A stretch of 64,000 nucleotides of DNA, taken from the NCBI GenBank assembly GCA_965204885.1, contig OZ242019.1, positions 109,521 to 173,520 on the forward strand, written 5' to 3'. The notes under the pieces are model-generated. The model saw only the letters and a program-made list of their open reading frames with translations. It was not told the DNA's origin and made no database searches. Below, piece after piece: positions 62,130 to 64,000 of this stretch. Each line of letters opens with the position of its first letter. Within the stretch, counting starts at the first letter, position 1. Both the position numbers and the translations under genes were made by a program. The DNA is from Dehalococcoidia bacterium. GTDB taxonomy: Bacteria > Chloroflexota > Dehalococcoidia > UBA6926.

Positions 62130-62792
62130 ATGCCGGACACGATTGTCTCTCACGACGTTGACCTGGTGAAGGGGTATGCGGCTCATCCTATGGCGGAGGG
62201 CAAGTACCCGGGCATCGTCGTAATCCAGGAGTGGTGGGGCCTCGATGAGCACATCCGGGACGTCACCCGCCGATTCGCGCGACAGGGCTACACCGCCATC
62301 GCGCCTGACCTGTTCCACGGCGATGTCGTGAATGAGCCTTCCGAGGCACAGAAGCTGGCGATGGGCCTCGATCGTGGGCGCGCAGTGCGCGACACCCGCG
62401 CGGCCATCGACTACATCAAGAGTTCCGAGCTTTCAAACGGCAACGTAGCCGTCATCGGCTACTGCCTCGGCGGGGGCGTTTCTCTGCTGACCGCGACGGA
62501 AGATGACGGCGTTTCCGCGACAATCGTCTACTACGGCGGCATCCCTGATCCCGCCGACCTGCTGAACAACGTGAACTCCCCGGTGCTCGCCGTCTACGGC
62601 AGCGACGAGGCGGATCGCGCGAATGAGTTGGAGAGCGAGTTGAACGCGCGCGGCAAGTCCGTCGAGAAGCACATCTACGACGGCGCGACGCACGGTTTCT
62701 TCAATGACTCCGGCCAGGGCCACCACGCCGAGGCCTCCGCCGACGCATGGGAGAAGACTCTCGCCTTCCTCAAGGCAAACGTCCCGGCGTAA
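62130..62792 (+). CDS. Dienelactone hydrolase family protein
   Basis: QEWWGL, GYCLGG and HGF motifs. Confidence 0.92.
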   Translation: MPDTIVSHDVDLVKGYAAHPMAEGKYPGIVVIQEWWGLDEHIRDVTRRFARQGYTAIAPDLFHGDVVNEPSEAQKLAMGLDRGRAVRDTRAAIDYIKSSELSNGNVAVIGYCLGGGVSLLTATEDDGVSATIVYYGGIPDPADLLNNVNSPVLAVYGSDEADRANELESELNARGKSVEKHIYDGATHGFFNDSGQGHHAEASADAWEKTLAFLKANVPA

Positions 62793-62814
62793 CAGCCACG
62801 AAACCGCAAAAAGG

Positions 62815-62845
62815 AGCGGGGCGGGTCAATGACCCGCCCCGCTTT
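62815..62845. terminator. Likely bidirectional intrinsic terminator
   Basis: AGCGGGGCGGGTCA-A-TGACCCGCCCCGCT, flanked by A and T runs. Confidence 0.75.
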
Positions 62846-62846
62846 C

Positions 62847-62910
62847 GTCATTCTGAACCACCTCTGTCATTTTGAGCCACACTTGTCATTCTGAGCGCAG
62901 CGAAGAATCC
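62847..62910 (+). repeat. REP-like GTCATTCTGAGCGCAGCGAAGAATCC preceded by two 19-bp partial tandem copies
   Basis: GTCATT(C/T)TGA occurs at 62847, 62866 and 62885 (period 19). Confidence 0.75.
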
Positions 62911-62923
62911 AACCTCCCCTGTT

Positions 62924-64000
62924 CTATTCAACTATCAGGAACTGCCCCATCATGCCCAGGTCCTCGTGATCGAGAACGTGGCAGTGGAACATATACGGAA
63001 TGTCTTCAGCGGCGTACGTGTTGAATCGGGCGGCGATAACAACCTCACGCCCGGTATCTACTAACACGGAGTCCTCCCAGCCTGATTCCTCCGGCGGGGG
63101 AGGTTCGCCGTTGATTGCCAATATCTGAAACTGTATCTGGTGGGGATGGAAAACATGCTGGCCGTCGTCGCTGGAGAGAGTCCAGCGCTCGGTATCTCCC
63201 AGTTGCACCGTGACGTCGATCCTGTTCATGTCGAACTGCGCCCCATTGATTGCCCAGGTTGGGTCGAATTCCCAGAAATTACGCGCGTCTCCCATGCGGA
63301 AGCTCCGATCTACGGTGATCTCCGACTCGGGAATACGCTCTATGGTGGCGAGCTTGTCCGGAAGCGCACCCGTGCCTAAGGCTGACTCATTCGGGCGGAG
63401 CTCCAGCACCCGGCCGAACGCGCTGTCAACCAATGCGGCGGATTCAGTCCCAATGTTGACGATGATCTCGGCCCGGTCCCCGGGCGCGAGTACAAGCTGC
63501 TCGAGTTCGACAGGACCGGCCAGGTAGCCGCCGTCGGAGGCGATCTTGACCATTTGGGCTCCCTCGACGCCGAGGTTGTAAATTCGCGCTTGACTGCCGT
63601 TCAACAATCGGAGTCGAACCAACCCTCCAGGCACCTCGACGTATGGGTCGATTGTGCCGTTCGCTGTCAGCGTGGCATAGAACTTTCCGTCGTCGTCTTC
63701 GTCGATGGCGAAATCGAGTTGGCCATCCTCGGTGAAGTCCTTGTCCTGGATGATGACCGGAATGTCATCAACGCCGTAGGTTGCCGGCAGCGCTGCGGCC
63801 GCAGGGTTGTCATCTTCGATGATTATCAACCCTGCGGCGCCCCGGTAGACGTGCTCGGCTGTCGTTCCATGGGCATGAGGGTGATACCAGAGGGTGGCTG
63901 CAGGCTGGATGACCTCAAAGTCGGCCACCCAGGTTGCGCCTGGCTCAATCAGGCTATGTGGGCCGCCGTCATCCTCTGCCGGAAGGTCGGCGCCGTGCCA
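62924..64000 (-). CDS. Multicopper oxidase (CueO/SufI-like), 5' end outside window
   Basis: Frame is open to the edge (WHG..P...DGGPH), with WYHPH, HVFHPH and HCHVLDHEDLGMM motifs. Confidence 0.92.
   Translation of the reverse strand, partial: WHGADLPAEDDGGPHSLIEPGATWVADFEVIQPAATLWYHPHAHGTTAEHVYRGAAGLIIIEDDNPAAAALPATYGVDDIPVIIQDKDFTEDGQLDFAIDEDDDGKFYATLTANGTIDPYVEVPGGLVRLRLLNGSQARIYNLGVEGAQMVKIASDGGYLAGPVELEQLVLAPGDRAEIIVNIGTESAALVDSAFGRVLELRPNESALGTGALPDKLATIERIPESEITVDRSFRMGDARNFWEFDPTWAINGAQFDMNRIDVTVQLGDTERWTLSSDDGQHVFHPHQIQFQILAINGEPPPPEESGWEDSVLVDTGREVVIAARFNTYAAEDIPYMFHCHVLDHEDLGMMGQFLIVE

Noticed and set aside
62847-62910. Possible mini-CRISPR array
   Set aside because: The 19-bp period is too short for a repeat plus spacer, no cas genes are present, and it matches a REP-like family.

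Overview
A high-GC, gene-dense stretch of bacterial core chromosome, most likely Chloroflexota/Dehalococcoidia (SAR202-like). This is inferred from the reduced rsmH-ftsA-ftsZ cluster and Chloroflexi-type hypothetical proteins, not proven. Most of it is housekeeping: an EF-G paralogue, etfAB with an EtfD/EMO-type membrane Fe-S oxidoreductase, hflKC, pyrF, secA, pyrB, prs, purA, dapA/asd/dapB, pnp, rpsO, priA, rplS, trmD, rsmH-ftsA-ftsZ, ispH and tRNA-Pro. It also has two AAA+/VWA-type chaperone modules, a catabolic cluster and dispersed REP-like palindromes. No transposase, prophage, rRNA or CRISPR was seen. The most interesting signals are: (1) an orphan ZnuA/AztC-type zinc-binding lipoprotein with an entire AztD-like beta-propeller inserted in its His-rich loop, preceded by two 7-1-7 Fur/Zur-type boxes and divergent from a stand-alone triple-Cache lipoprotein; (2) a minimal division operon whose FtsA has lost all three actin-family nucleotide-binding motifs, with a divergent DUF5343-like gene where mraZ normally sits; (3) a cluster after tRNA-Pro containing an acyl-CoA dehydrogenase without a catalytic Glu and an M20 hydrolase that has lost its second metal site. 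All family calls are by-eye motif recognition; no searches were run.
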